From: Chthonomonadales bacterium
Lineage (GTDB): Bacteria > Armatimonadota > Chthonomonadetes > Chthonomonadales > CAJBBX01
NCBI GenBank assembly: GCA_020849275.1
Contig: JADLGO010000064.1
Coordinates: 6,289 to 70,288, forward strand
DNA: 64,000 nucleotides
Direction of reading: 5' to 3'
Part shown: positions 24,132 to 32,710 of the stretch, one piece after another
How positions within the stretch are numbered: position 1 is the stretch's first letter
How the letters are laid out: each line of letters starts with the position of its first letter
The notes under the pieces: model-generated
What the model was told of the DNA's origin: nothing
Databases searched by the model: none
What the model saw: only the letters and a program-made list of their open reading frames with translations
Translations under genes and position numbers: made by a program

Positions 24132-25268
24132 ATGCGAGGCCCACTCATGCTGGCACTATGCGCGCTGGCCGCTCTCGGCCCCGAGGGAGCGGGAGATCGG
24201 CGCCGACTCGCTCCGGCCTTCCAGCCCGGACCGCGAACCTACAACTACGCCCCCTGCCTGGTGCGCGAGCCCGGCGCTCCCGCGTTGCACGCCTGGTACT
24301 GCGCGAACCGCACTCCGGGCGACGTCACCGACTACCTCTGTCACCGAAAGGCCACGCGGGTGAACGGGCGGTGGGAGTGGGGAGCCGAGGAGGTGGCGCT
24401 TGCTCCGGCCGAGCGCAGGGAGGCCTGGGACAGCCGGCACGCGTGTGACCCCGAGGTGGTGGCCGGGCGCTTTCGCTACCGCGGCCAGGACTGGCGCTAC
24501 GCGCTGCTCTACCTGGGGTGCGACGCCGAGCGCTGCACGCACAACCAGGTCGGCGTGGCCTTCGCGCGCTCGCTGGACGGGCCGTGGACCCGCTACCCGG
24601 ACCCGATCGTTCGCTACACGGAGCGGCCGGAGGGGGGAATCGTCGACGAGTACATCGGCTGGCCCGTCTACCGCTACTGGGGGGTGGGCCAGCCGGCGGC
24701 GCTCTCGCTGGACCGCGCCGGGCGCGTCCTCCTCTTCTTCTCGCGCGGCGAGGAGGAGCCCGGGGAGGAGATGGCCGTGGTGGACCTCTCGGACATGGAC
24801 CGCGGGGCGGTCGTGACCGAGCGCGCGAAGGTGCCGACGGCGGGGCTGTGGCCCTCGGCCGAGGCCGGCTCGCGCAGCCTCACCAACGTGGCCGTCGCGC
24901 TGGACGAGCAGCGCGGCCGGCTCTACATGGCGCGCGAAGATCTTCCCCCGGCCGATGGGCGGTTCCCCGGCTTCATCGCCGCCCGCAGTTCGCTGGCGTC
25001 GATCCCGTGGGCGGCCCTCCGCCGCGGTGAAGGAGCGTGGATCCCCATCGGCGACGTGGACGAGCCCCGCACCCTCTGGCCCCGCAACCACAACGCGACC
25101 CTCGCTAGGGACGTCTGGGGCCGCGTCCTCGAGCGGGATCGGCTGACCGTCGGCGTCTCGGTTGCCGAGACCTATGCCGCGGCTCCGCCGAGCTTCACAT
25201 GGCTCTGGACCTACCGGATCGTCCTCCTGGACTGGCCGACGGCGCCCTCGTCGAAGCCAGCGCGCTAG
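24132..25268 (+). CDS. Secreted five-bladed beta-propeller glycosidase-like protein (GH43/GH-F-like)
   Basis: Signal-like MRGPLMLALCALAALG. YNYAPCLV, SRHACDPEVV and VGVAFARSLDGPWTRYPDP are reminiscent of GH43-type propellers. Family not verified. Confidence 0.55.
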   Translation: MRGPLMLALCALAALGPEGAGDRRRLAPAFQPGPRTYNYAPCLVREPGAPALHAWYCANRTPGDVTDYLCHRKATRVNGRWEWGAEEVALAPAERREAWDSRHACDPEVVAGRFRYRGQDWRYALLYLGCDAERCTHNQVGVAFARSLDGPWTRYPDPIVRYTERPEGGIVDEYIGWPVYRYWGVGQPAALSLDRAGRVLLFFSRGEEEPGEEMAVVDLSDMDRGAVVTERAKVPTAGLWPSAEAGSRSLTNVAVALDEQRGRLYMAREDLPPADGRFPGFIAARSSLASIPWAALRRGEGAWIPIGDVDEPRTLWPRNHNATLARDVWGRVLERDRLTVGVSVAETYAAAPPSFTWLWTYRIVLLDWPTAPSSKPAR

Positions 25269-25365
25269 GAGCGCCCCAGGGGAGCCGCGGCCCCGCGCGA
25301 TACGCGCGGGGCCGCTCTGCGCTGGCTCGCTGTTCTGTGGCGCAAAATGGTGCGGCGCGAATCGC

Positions 25366-25394
25366 TTGACAAGACCGGCGGGCTGTGTTAGCAT
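25366..25394 (+). promoter_or_regulatory. Sigma70-like promoter TTGACA-17 nt-TAGCAT
   Basis: TTGACA at 25366-25371 and TAGCAT at 25389-25394, spacer 17 nt, upstream of the small-TM/pseudopilin-like gene pair. Confidence 0.55.
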
Positions 25395-25403
25395 GGCGAC
25401 AAC

Positions 25404-25415
25404 CTCTCTAGAGAG
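25404..25415. promoter_or_regulatory. Putative operator: perfect 12-bp palindrome CTCTCTAGAGAG (copy 1)
   Basis: Read directly, 10 nt downstream of the -10 hexamer. An identical 12-mer (13-mer with the preceding C) is at 27680-27691. Confidence 0.6.
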
Positions 25416-25450
25416 ATAGCGGAGGCAGCAGAAATGGAGGTGATCTGCCC

Positions 25451-25756
25451 ATGGCTGGCAAGTCGGGTTCCGCGTCGAGCTCTCCACTTGCGGCGCCGCT
25501 GCCGCCCCAGGTCGTCGTCGTGGCCGCGCTCCTGGTGATCACGGTGATCGGATGGGTGGCCTACCATGCGTTCGGGCCCATGGCCCAGCCCCCGACCTTC
25601 ACGGTGAGTGACCAGAAGGCGTGGGTCGCGGACCTTGCCCGAAAGAGCGGTGGCGACTTCTCCAGGCTCGGCCCGGCCGAACAGAAGAGGCTCGACGCAA
25701 TCTCGCTCGGAAACGGAGCCCGGATGCTTCGAAGCGCCTATGAGCGGCGCAAGTAG
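25451..25756 (+). CDS. Small single-pass membrane protein (101 aa)
   Basis: ATG 25451 (GGAGG 10 nt upstream). TM helix [21 protein letters not shown], then a soluble tail. Immediately precedes the second pseudopilin-like gene. Confidence 0.55.
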   Translation: MAGKSGSASSSPLAAPLPPQVVVVAALLVITVIGWVAYHAFGPMAQPPTFTVSDQKAWVADLARKSGGDFSRLGPAEQKRLDAISLGNGARMLRSAYERRK

Positions 25757-25766
25757 GAGGAGAGGA

Positions 25767-26531
25767 ATGCGAACCCACCGGTCGTCAGAGCACGTGTCGG
25801 GATTCACGCTCATCGAGCTGCTAGTCGTCATCGCGATCATCGCGATCCTTGCAGCGATCCTGTTCCCGGTCTTTGCCCAGGCCCGCGAGAAGGCACGTCA
25901 GACCTCCTGCCTCTCGAACATGAAGCAGATCGCCCTGGCGATGCGCATGTACAGCCAGGACAACGATGAGACCGCGTCGCTCGCGCGCTACGCCCCCTAC
26001 TTCTGGGACGGGGCCGTGTGGCCCGAGACGCACACCTGGCGGATGGCGGTGCAGCCCTATATCAAGAATAAGGGCCTCACCCGCTGCCCGTCCAACGCCT
26101 ACTACAACGCCGGCGTGGAGGTCGAAGAGCCCGTCTTTCGCTCGTACGCCATGAACTCCGCCGCACTCTACGGCGACAAGTACGCCGAGGCCTCCATCAC
26201 CGAGCCCGCCGAGATCATCCAGGTCGCGGAGTGCCGCTACCAGTACCCCGACCTCTATCCGCAGATCGAGAGCCCGTTCTCGTCCTTCCTCTACTCCTCC
26301 GAGCCCGAGCCGACGCCGGACTCCCCTCTGGGAGTCATGCAGACGCACACCGGCCAGAGCAACTACGCGTTCTTCGATGGGCACGCCAAGTCCATTCGCC
26401 CGGTCGCCACGCTGAACTCGCACACCCCCTGGACGATGTGGTATTGCACCGGGTGGGCGAGCGAGGGCGACGCCGAGTACAACCGGCAGGGCCTGGTCGG
26501 GCAACTCCTGGCGCACGCCGAGTACCGCTGA
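25767..26531 (+). CDS. Prepilin-type N-terminal cleavage/methylation domain protein with DUF1559-like body and H-X9-DG motif
   Basis: Trimmed to ATG 25767 (GGAGGAGAGG just upstream). ...HVSG|[67 protein letters not shown] (H-X9-DG). Confidence 0.85.
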   Translation: MRTHRSSEHVSGFTLIELLVVIAIIAILAAILFPVFAQAREKARQTSCLSNMKQIALAMRMYSQDNDETASLARYAPYFWDGAVWPETHTWRMAVQPYIKNKGLTRCPSNAYYNAGVEVEEPVFRSYAMNSAALYGDKYAEASITEPAEIIQVAECRYQYPDLYPQIESPFSSFLYSSEPEPTPDSPLGVMQTHTGQSNYAFFDGHAKSIRPVATLNSHTPWTMWYCTGWASEGDAEYNRQGLVGQLLAHAEYR

Positions 26532-26554
26532 GGGGTCACCCGCGCGCGCCTCGG

Positions 26555-26588
26555 ACGACCGGGCCGCTCAGCGCGGCGGCCCGGTCGT
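26555..26588. terminator. Bidirectional terminator-like hairpin between convergent genes
   Basis: ACGACCGGGCCGC (26555-26567) pairs perfectly with GCGGCCCGGTCGT (26576-26588) around an 8-nt loop. The right arm overlaps the last codons of the regulator gene. Confidence 0.5.
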
Positions 26589-27614
26589 TCCCCGCTCGAT
26601 GAGCCGCGTCGGCAGCGTCACGTCGCGCACGGCCTCGCCGCGCGAGAAGGCAACCACCGCCCGGGCCGCCTCCTCGCCCAGCTCGCGTCGCGGCTGGTAG
26701 ATGGTGGTGAGGCCGCACGGCCAGTAGGCCGCCACCGAGAAATCGCCAAAGCCCACCACGCTCAGATCGTCCGGCACGGCAAGGCCGCGATCGCGCGCTG
26801 CCTTGATGGCTCCGATGGCCGCCAGGTCGCTGGCCGCCACGAGCGCGGTGGGGCGCTCGGGCCGGGCGAGCAGCTCCGAGGCGCCCTGGTAGCCCCGCTC
26901 CTCCCGAAAGCCGGCGCCCGCCTCCATGTCGGGGGAGAGGCCGCGCGCGCGCATCGCGGAGGTGAAGCCGCGCTGCCGCTCGATGCCGTCCACGTTGTCG
27001 GGCCAGCCCGTGAGGAACCCGATGCGCGAGTGCCCCAGCGCCGCCAGATGCTCCACGGCCAGGACGGTGCCGCCCGCGTTGTCCACGACGATCGAGGGCA
27101 CGGCGCGCCTGCCCTGATAGCGGTTGAGCGCCACCACACGGCAGCCGAGGTCCTTCAGGCGCTCGACGATCGCCGAGTCCTCGCGGTCGGCCACCAGGCA
27201 GGCGACGCAGGTCTCGCCGTCGACGAGCTCGACGCGGTCGATCACCGCGGCGGGCTGTCCCAGGCGCTCCATGCCGGTCTCGTAGCCGTCAAGAACGTCG
27301 GGCAGGTAGAGGGGATCCAGCCGCTGCCAGAGCGCCGGCACGAGCAGAGCCGCGGCCGGGACAGCGCGCGAGCCGTCGCCGTTGGGGCCGTGCGGCAGAA
27401 CGAAGGTGCCCTTGCCGGGCACGCGCTGCAGCAGGCGGTCGGTCACCAGGCTGCCGACCGCCTGGCGCACCGTCATGTAGGCGACTCCGAAGCGGCGCGC
27501 GAGCTCGTGCTCGGCAGGGATGCGCTCGCCCGCCCGCCACACGCCGGCCTGGATCTGGCTGCGCAGGCTTCGCTCCACCTCGCGGTGCTTCGTTCGGCTG
27601 TTCGTCGATGTCAT
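26568..27614 (-). CDS. GntR-type winged-helix regulator fused to a LacI/PBP1-type sugar-binding domain
   Basis: N-terminus RIPAEHELARRFGVAYMTVRQAVGSLVTDRLLQRVPGKGTFV (GntR HTH). C-terminus resembles LacI-family ligand domains (HSRIGFLTGWPDN..., ALVAASDLAAIGAIKAARDRGLAVPDDLSVVGFGD). Confidence 0.85.
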   Translation of the reverse strand: MTSTNSRTKHREVERSLRSQIQAGVWRAGERIPAEHELARRFGVAYMTVRQAVGSLVTDRLLQRVPGKGTFVLPHGPNGDGSRAVPAAALLVPALWQRLDPLYLPDVLDGYETGMERLGQPAAVIDRVELVDGETCVACLVADREDSAIVERLKDLGCRVVALNRYQGRRAVPSIVVDNAGGTVLAVEHLAALGHSRIGFLTGWPDNVDGIERQRGFTSAMRARGLSPDMEAGAGFREERGYQGASELLARPERPTALVAASDLAAIGAIKAARDRGLAVPDDLSVVGFGDFSVAAYWPCGLTTIYQPRRELGEEAARAVVAFSRGEAVRDVTLPTRLIERGTTGPPR

Positions 27615-27679
27615 GGCGGCGTGATCTCTCCGTAGGGCCGGCAGGGCGGGGACGCGAGCGCCGCGGGCCCGGCCATCGC

Positions 27680-27691
27680 CTCTCTAGAGAG
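27680..27691. promoter_or_regulatory. Putative operator: perfect 12-bp palindrome CTCTCTAGAGAG (copy 2)
   Basis: Read directly. Lies in the 216-bp divergent region between the regulator (start 27614, minus) and rhaT (start 27831, plus). Confidence 0.6.
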
Positions 27692-27830
27692 TTCCGCGCC
27701 GAACCCCGATCTACCTTCTGTGAGCGGGCCGCTCGCGGGGCGGCGCCGCTCGTGAGCCTGTCGTGGCCGCCGGGGTGCGCAGGAGCCGGCGCGGCGGCGC
27801 CGAACACATCCCCGAAGGAGGGCGCGCCAC

Positions 27831-28877
27831 ATGGCCAACCCGTTCCTCGGAGTCCTGCTTCACGCGGTCGGTGGCCTCGCCGCCGGCAGCTTCTACGTGC
27901 CGTTTCGCAGGGTGCTCCGCTGGGCCTGGGAGAGCTACTGGCTCGTGCAGGGCGTTCTGGCGTGGCTCGTCATGCCGTGGGTGGGTGCGCTGCTGACGGC
28001 GCCGCGCGCCGTTGAGATCCTCCAGCGCAGCTCCGGGTCCAGCGTGGCGCTGGCCTACCTCTTCGGCGTGCTCTGGGGCGTGGGCGGCCTGACGTTCGGG
28101 CTGAGCATGCGTTACCTGGGCCTATCGCTCGGCTATGCGGTGGCGCTCGGATTCTGCGCCGCCTTCGGCACGCTCATCCCGCCCATCGCGCAGGGCAAGG
28201 CGGGCAGCCTGCTGGCCACCGCCGGTGGCCTCACCGTGCTCGCCGGCATCGCCGTCTGCCTGGCCGGCATCGCCGTGTGCGGCTACGCGGGCATCCGCAA
28301 GGAGCGCGAGCTGACCGACGCGCAGAAGCACGAGGCGGTGCGCGAGTTCGCGCTGGGCAAAGGCTTCGCGGTGGCCATCTTCGCCGGCATCATGAGCGCC
28401 TGCATGGCCTTCGGCATCAGCGCGGGCGCGCCGATCGCCCATATGGCCGTGCGGCTCGGGACGCCGGCCATCCACCAGAACAACCCGGTCTTCATCCCGA
28501 TCATGGCGGGCGGATTCACCACCAACGTGGCCTGGTGCCTGGCGCTCAACGTGCGCAACCGCACCCTGCGCGACTACGTGACCGGCTCCCCGGCGCTGCT
28601 CGCGCGCAACTACCTGTTCGCCGGGTTGGCCGGCGTCATCTGGTACCTGCAGTTCTTCTTCTACGGCATGGGCACCACGCAGATGGGACGCTACGACTTC
28701 TCGAGCTGGACCATCCATATGGCTTTCATCATCGTCTTCAGCAACCTTTGGGGCATCGGCTTCCACGAGTGGCGCGGCGTGCGGCGGGTCACCATGGCGG
28801 TCGTCTGGGCCGGCATCGCGGTGCTCATCCTCTCCACGGTGATCATCGGGGCCGGCAACTACCTGGCGTCGCGATGA
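27831..28877 (+). CDS. rhaT: L-rhamnose/proton symporter
   Basis: GAAGGAGGG upstream. Strong resemblance to E. coli RhaT along the whole length (SFYVPFRRVLRWAWESYW, GLSMRYLGLSLG, VIWYLQFFFYGMG, FSSWTIHMAF). Confidence 0.9.
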   Translation: MANPFLGVLLHAVGGLAAGSFYVPFRRVLRWAWESYWLVQGVLAWLVMPWVGALLTAPRAVEILQRSSGSSVALAYLFGVLWGVGGLTFGLSMRYLGLSLGYAVALGFCAAFGTLIPPIAQGKAGSLLATAGGLTVLAGIAVCLAGIAVCGYAGIRKERELTDAQKHEAVREFALGKGFAVAIFAGIMSACMAFGISAGAPIAHMAVRLGTPAIHQNNPVFIPIMAGGFTTNVAWCLALNVRNRTLRDYVTGSPALLARNYLFAGLAGVIWYLQFFFYGMGTTQMGRYDFSSWTIHMAFIIVFSNLWGIGFHEWRGVRRVTMAVVWAGIAVLILSTVIIGAGNYLASR

Positions 28878-29848
28878 GCGGGGCCGGCCGGGCCGCGCGC
28901 GCGGCGACCCTCGTGGCGGCGAGCGGCAGCGTGCTGTTCGCCTTCTCGGAGCGGCTGTTCTGGTCGTTCTGGCGACGCGGCGACACTCCGGGCGAGTTGC
29001 TCATCACCTGGCTCGCCTACTGCCTGCTTGCCTGGATCTTCCTGGCGATCGTGCGGGCCTGGCGCGTCGACGGCCCGTGGCCGCTCTTTCTGGCCGGCGC
29101 CGTCTATGGCTGGATCGGCGAGGGGGTCCTGGTGGACACGCTCTACGGCGGGCCGGGCAACCCGCTGCCGCTCTCCATCTCGTGGACCGGCCTGGCGTGG
29201 CACGCGCTGCTGAGCGTGTGGGTCGGCTGGTACGCGCTGCGCCTCGCGCTCACGGCGGGCCCCGCCACGCGGGCCGCCGGCGTCTGCGCGGCGATCGGCG
29301 CGGGCTGGGGCGCCTGGGCGCTCTGGTGGCCGCGGGAGCCCGAGGGGATCGTCTCGGTCGGCGTGGGCGCGTTCGCCTCCCATGCGCTCTTCGTGTGGGC
29401 GTTGCTGAGCGCCGCCGCGTGGGCCTGGGGCGCGGCCGGAGCCGACGCCTTCCGGCCGGGGCGCGGGCAGCACATGGGCCTGGCGCTCCTCGTGCTCGCC
29501 TTCTTCGGGCTGGTGCGGGCGCCCGTCACGCCGGCGGCCGCCGCCGTGCTGCCGCCGCTGCTCGCGCTCTGCTGGCTGGGCCTGCGCGCTCACCGACGCG
29601 TCGCCTCCGGGCCGGACCTGCTGGACGTGCTCTCCAAGCCGGTCCCGCCCTTGCGGCTGCTTGCCCTGGCAGCGATGCCCGCGGCGGCAATCGCTGTCTA
29701 CGGCGCCGGGCGCGCGGCGGGGCTCGCGCCGCCAACGAACGTGGCGGTCTACCTGGTCACCACGCCGCTCGGCTTCGCGTGCTTCGCGTGGGCGCTGCTC
29801 GTGTGCATGCGCGGGCGGGCCGGGCGCCCGGCCGCCGGCGCCCCGTGA
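28874..29848 (+). CDS. Trp-rich polytopic membrane protein (324 aa), family unknown
   Basis: ATG 28874 overlaps the rhaT stop (ATGA). Part of track ORF 28277..29848. Repeated hydrophobic helices (WLAYCLLAWIFLAIV, LAWHALLSVWVGWYAL, GAGWGAWALWW, LALLVLAFFGLV). Confidence 0.6.
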   Translation: MSGAGRAARAATLVAASGSVLFAFSERLFWSFWRRGDTPGELLITWLAYCLLAWIFLAIVRAWRVDGPWPLFLAGAVYGWIGEGVLVDTLYGGPGNPLPLSISWTGLAWHALLSVWVGWYALRLALTAGPATRAAGVCAAIGAGWGAWALWWPREPEGIVSVGVGAFASHALFVWALLSAAAWAWGAAGADAFRPGRGQHMGLALLVLAFFGLVRAPVTPAAAAVLPPLLALCWLGLRAHRRVASGPDLLDVLSKPVPPLRLLALAAMPAAAIAVYGAGRAAGLAPPTNVAVYLVTTPLGFACFAWALLVCMRGRAGRPAAGAP

Positions 29849-29964
29849 GCGCCAACGGGCTCTCGGCCGGGGAGGGCCGGACCCACGCGCGGCCGACGGC
29901 GCTCGCCCGTAGCCCTTGCGCGCCCGGCAGCGGCAGGGCGCATGTGAACCCACGGGAGACCATC

Positions 29965-32646
29965 ATGCCCATCGTGCCGTTCGGCCCTTGCGTGCTCCTG
30001 GCCCTGGCGCTGTTCCTGCTGGCGTCATGCGCGTCCGACGCGTTCGCGGACGAACGGGTGGTTGTCTCCAACGCGGCCTTCCGTCTGGAGGTGTACTGCG
30101 CCGCCGGCGACGTGCTCGCCACCCTCACCGACCTGCGCTCCGGGCGCCGCCTGGCGGACGGGCCCGTGCTCTACGCGGCCACGCGCGAAGGCGTGCGCGC
30201 GGAGGGGCTGGAGGGAGCCACCGCGCGCGCCGCCGCAGGCCGGCTCACGGTGCGCGGCCGCCTGGCGGGGCTGGAGCTGACGCAGACCTTCACAGCCGTG
30301 CGCGGCAGACCGTGGCTGGAGGAGCGCATCGCCCTCCGCAACCCGGGCCGCTCCGGAGCGCGCCTGGAGGACCTGGCGATCGGCCTGGGCCGTCCCCTGA
30401 TCGACGCCGCGGGCCGTCCCGCCGCCGACCTGGCGGCCGACCGCTGGATCGCGGTCCCCTTCCGTCACCGCGCAACGGACCCGAAGGGGTTGCGCCGCGA
30501 CTACGGCGCGGCCGACCTCGGCAAGGGCGCCGGCCACGGCCTCGTGAGCGGACCGGAGCAGTGGCCCCAGGACGGCCCGCGCCGGCTCTGGCTCTCCGAG
30601 GGTTGGGCCTGGACGCATGGCGGCGAGACGGTGGGCCTCTTTCGCTACTGCCAGGAGCACCTTCAGTTCAGCGCACTCTCGCCGGAGACCGGCGTTCTCG
30701 GCACTCGCCTGCGCTTCGGAGGCGCCTGGATGGCCGGCGGCGAGCCGGCCGCGCTCGGACGGATGGCCGGCGGCGTCCGCGTGGACCTGGGCCTCACGCG
30801 CTACGCGGCCGTGCGCGGCGGCTGGGCGGAGGCAGCCCGCGCCTTCCGCGACCTGCTGGACGAGAAGGGCTGCCGGTTCCCCGCGGACTACAACCCGCCC
30901 GTGCACTGGGAGCAGCTCTACAACATGGAGGGCGCCTGGAACGACCGGCCTCACCGCTACACCCTGGCGGCCATCGAGAGGGAAGCCGCGCTCGGCCGCG
31001 CCTACGGCTGCGAGGCGATCTACCTGGACCCGGGATGGGACACGGCCTTCGGAACCTTCCTGTGGGGCGAGGACTGGCTGGGGCCGCGCCGGGCGTTCGT
31101 GGACCGAATGCGGCGCGAGCACGGCCTGGAGCTGGCGCTGCACTGCCCGCTCGCCACGTGGATGTCGGGACCTCTGAGCTGGGGCATCGAGGCCGTGGAG
31201 AGCTGGCCGAAGGCGGGGCTCCGCCGCGACCCGCGCGCCGCCAACGGCGACCCGCCGCCGGTGCCGGCCGTGGTGGACGGCCGGCGCAACCTGGCGCTCC
31301 TGCCGGACGCGCGCGCCTCGGCGTCCTCGGTGCTGGACGGCGGGAGCTGGCCGATCCACCAGGTCGCGCACCTGGCCGACGGCTGGTACGGCAACACGGG
31401 GAGCTGGATCGCCGGGACGGCGCCGGCCTGGGCCGAGATCGACCTTGGCGCCGCCTACCGCGTGGGCGAGGTGCGGCTGGGCAACGACCACAGGGGTCAG
31501 TATTCGGACCGCGCGGCCACCCGGCTTCGCGTTCGGGCCACCGAGGACGAGTCGGGAGACTCCGGTTGGACGACGGTGCGCGAGGTCGGGCCGACCCGGC
31601 TGGCGGGAACCGCCGCGTTCGCCTTCTCGCCCGTGCGCGCCCGGCGGATCCGCGTGGAGATCCTGGAGGCCGCCGACGGACTGCCACGACTGGACGAGAT
31701 CGAGGTGCTCGAGGCGGACCCCGCGCCGCCGGCCGAGGCCGCCGAGCACGAGCGGCGCGCGCGCCGCGGCCCGAAGCCCCCGCCCGCCGGCGCGGCTGGA
31801 CCCCGGGTCTGCCTGGGCTCGCGCCAGTATATCGACGAGGCCGCGAAGCGGCTCATCGCCAACTGCGACGACGGCGCCGTTTTCCTGATGCTCGACGGCA
31901 ACTGGTGGAGCGGGGACTGCATCGACCCCGACCACGGCCACCCGATTCCCTACCGCTGGGAGGACCACATACGCGCCAACCTGGAGCTGGCGCGGCGAGT
32001 GCACGCTCGCCATCCCCGCGTGCTCATCGAGATGCACGACATGATCGCCGGCGGCAGCACGGCGCGGCCCACGCCCGTCTACTACAAGTACGGCCTGCCG
32101 GGCAGCTTCGACGAGAACTGGGGCCTGGAGTTGATGTGGGACCCGATGGCGGACCTGCGCGAGGGCCGGGCCGAGGCGCTCTACGACTACAACCTGGGCT
32201 GCAATATCCCGGTCTACCTGCACATCGACCTGCGCAAGGACAACCGCGCGTGCGTGGTGCTATGGTGGTACGCTTCAACGTGTCGGCACCTGGGCATCGG
32301 CGGCACGCATGCCGACCCGGCGACGGCGGCCGCGCAGCAGGCGGCCATGCGCCGCTATCGGGAACTGGAGCGCTTCTTCAAGCGCGGCGAGTTCGTGGGG
32401 CTGAGCCCCCAGGTGCACGCGCACGCGCTGCCGGCCGAGAACGCCGTGGTGCTCAACCTGTTCAACCTCTCCGACACCTCGCGCGCGGTGACAGCGGAGA
32501 GCCCGCTGGCGTCGCTGGGTCTGGATCGCGCGGAGCGCTACGCCGTGATCGGCGATGGCGTGAACGTGAGTGACGGGGTGCTGCGCGTGCGGCGCGAGAT
32601 GGCGCCGTGGTCGGCGGAGGTTGCGCTCGTTCGGCCGGCGCGCTGA
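29965..32646 (+). CDS. Secreted GH36/GH27-like (alpha-galactosidase-like) TIM-barrel protein with an inserted discoidin (F5/8 type C)-like domain
   Basis: Track ORF 29077..32646 trimmed to ATG 29965 (signal MPIVPFGPCVLLALALFLLASCAS). Barrel motifs GCEAIYLDPGWD and GAVFLMLDGNWW. Between them is a galactose-binding-like segment of about 140 aa (AWAEIDLGAAYRVGEVRLGN...IRVEILEAADGLPRLDEIEVLE). Confidence 0.6.
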   Translation: MPIVPFGPCVLLALALFLLASCASDAFADERVVVSNAAFRLEVYCAAGDVLATLTDLRSGRRLADGPVLYAATREGVRAEGLEGATARAAAGRLTVRGRLAGLELTQTFTAVRGRPWLEERIALRNPGRSGARLEDLAIGLGRPLIDAAGRPAADLAADRWIAVPFRHRATDPKGLRRDYGAADLGKGAGHGLVSGPEQWPQDGPRRLWLSEGWAWTHGGETVGLFRYCQEHLQFSALSPETGVLGTRLRFGGAWMAGGEPAALGRMAGGVRVDLGLTRYAAVRGGWAEAARAFRDLLDEKGCRFPADYNPPVHWEQLYNMEGAWNDRPHRYTLAAIEREAALGRAYGCEAIYLDPGWDTAFGTFLWGEDWLGPRRAFVDRMRREHGLELALHCPLATWMSGPLSWGIEAVESWPKAGLRRDPRAANGDPPPVPAVVDGRRNLALLPDARASASSVLDGGSWPIHQVAHLADGWYGNTGSWIAGTAPAWAEIDLGAAYRVGEVRLGNDHRGQYSDRAATRLRVRATEDESGDSGWTTVREVGPTRLAGTAAFAFSPVRARRIRVEILEAADGLPRLDEIEVLEADPAPPAEAAEHERRARRGPKPPPAGAAGPRVCLGSRQYIDEAAKRLIANCDDGAVFLMLDGNWWSGDCIDPDHGHPIPYRWEDHIRANLELARRVHARHPRVLIEMHDMIAGGSTARPTPVYYKYGLPGSFDENWGLELMWDPMADLREGRAEALYDYNLGCNIPVYLHIDLRKDNRACVVLWWYASTCRHLGIGGTHADPATAAAQQAAMRRYRELERFFKRGEFVGLSPQVHAHALPAENAVVLNLFNLSDTSRAVTAESPLASLGLDRAERYAVIGDGVNVSDGVLRVRREMAPWSAEVALVRPAR

Positions 32647-32710
32647 TGGCGGGTAGATCGGGGCTCGCCGTTGCCGCTGCTTAGAGGTCACCACGGGAGG
32701 GGAGGACGCG

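Noticed and set aside
22110-24448. Long alternative-frame ORFs (22110..23984 minus, 22667..24448 plus) over the polytopic membrane-protein gene
   Set aside because: Both are Arg/Pro/Gly-rich with no hydrophobic periodicity. The 22125..24098 frame gives regularly spaced TM helices.
25434-25538. 34-codon ORF ([15 protein letters not shown]...) with a good SD (GGAGG 8 nt upstream), overlapping the start of the 25451 gene in another frame
   Set aside because: The product is Arg-rich with no features. The 25451 frame gives a clean TM helix and mirrors the small protein at 20169. A leader-peptide role cannot be excluded but is unsupported.
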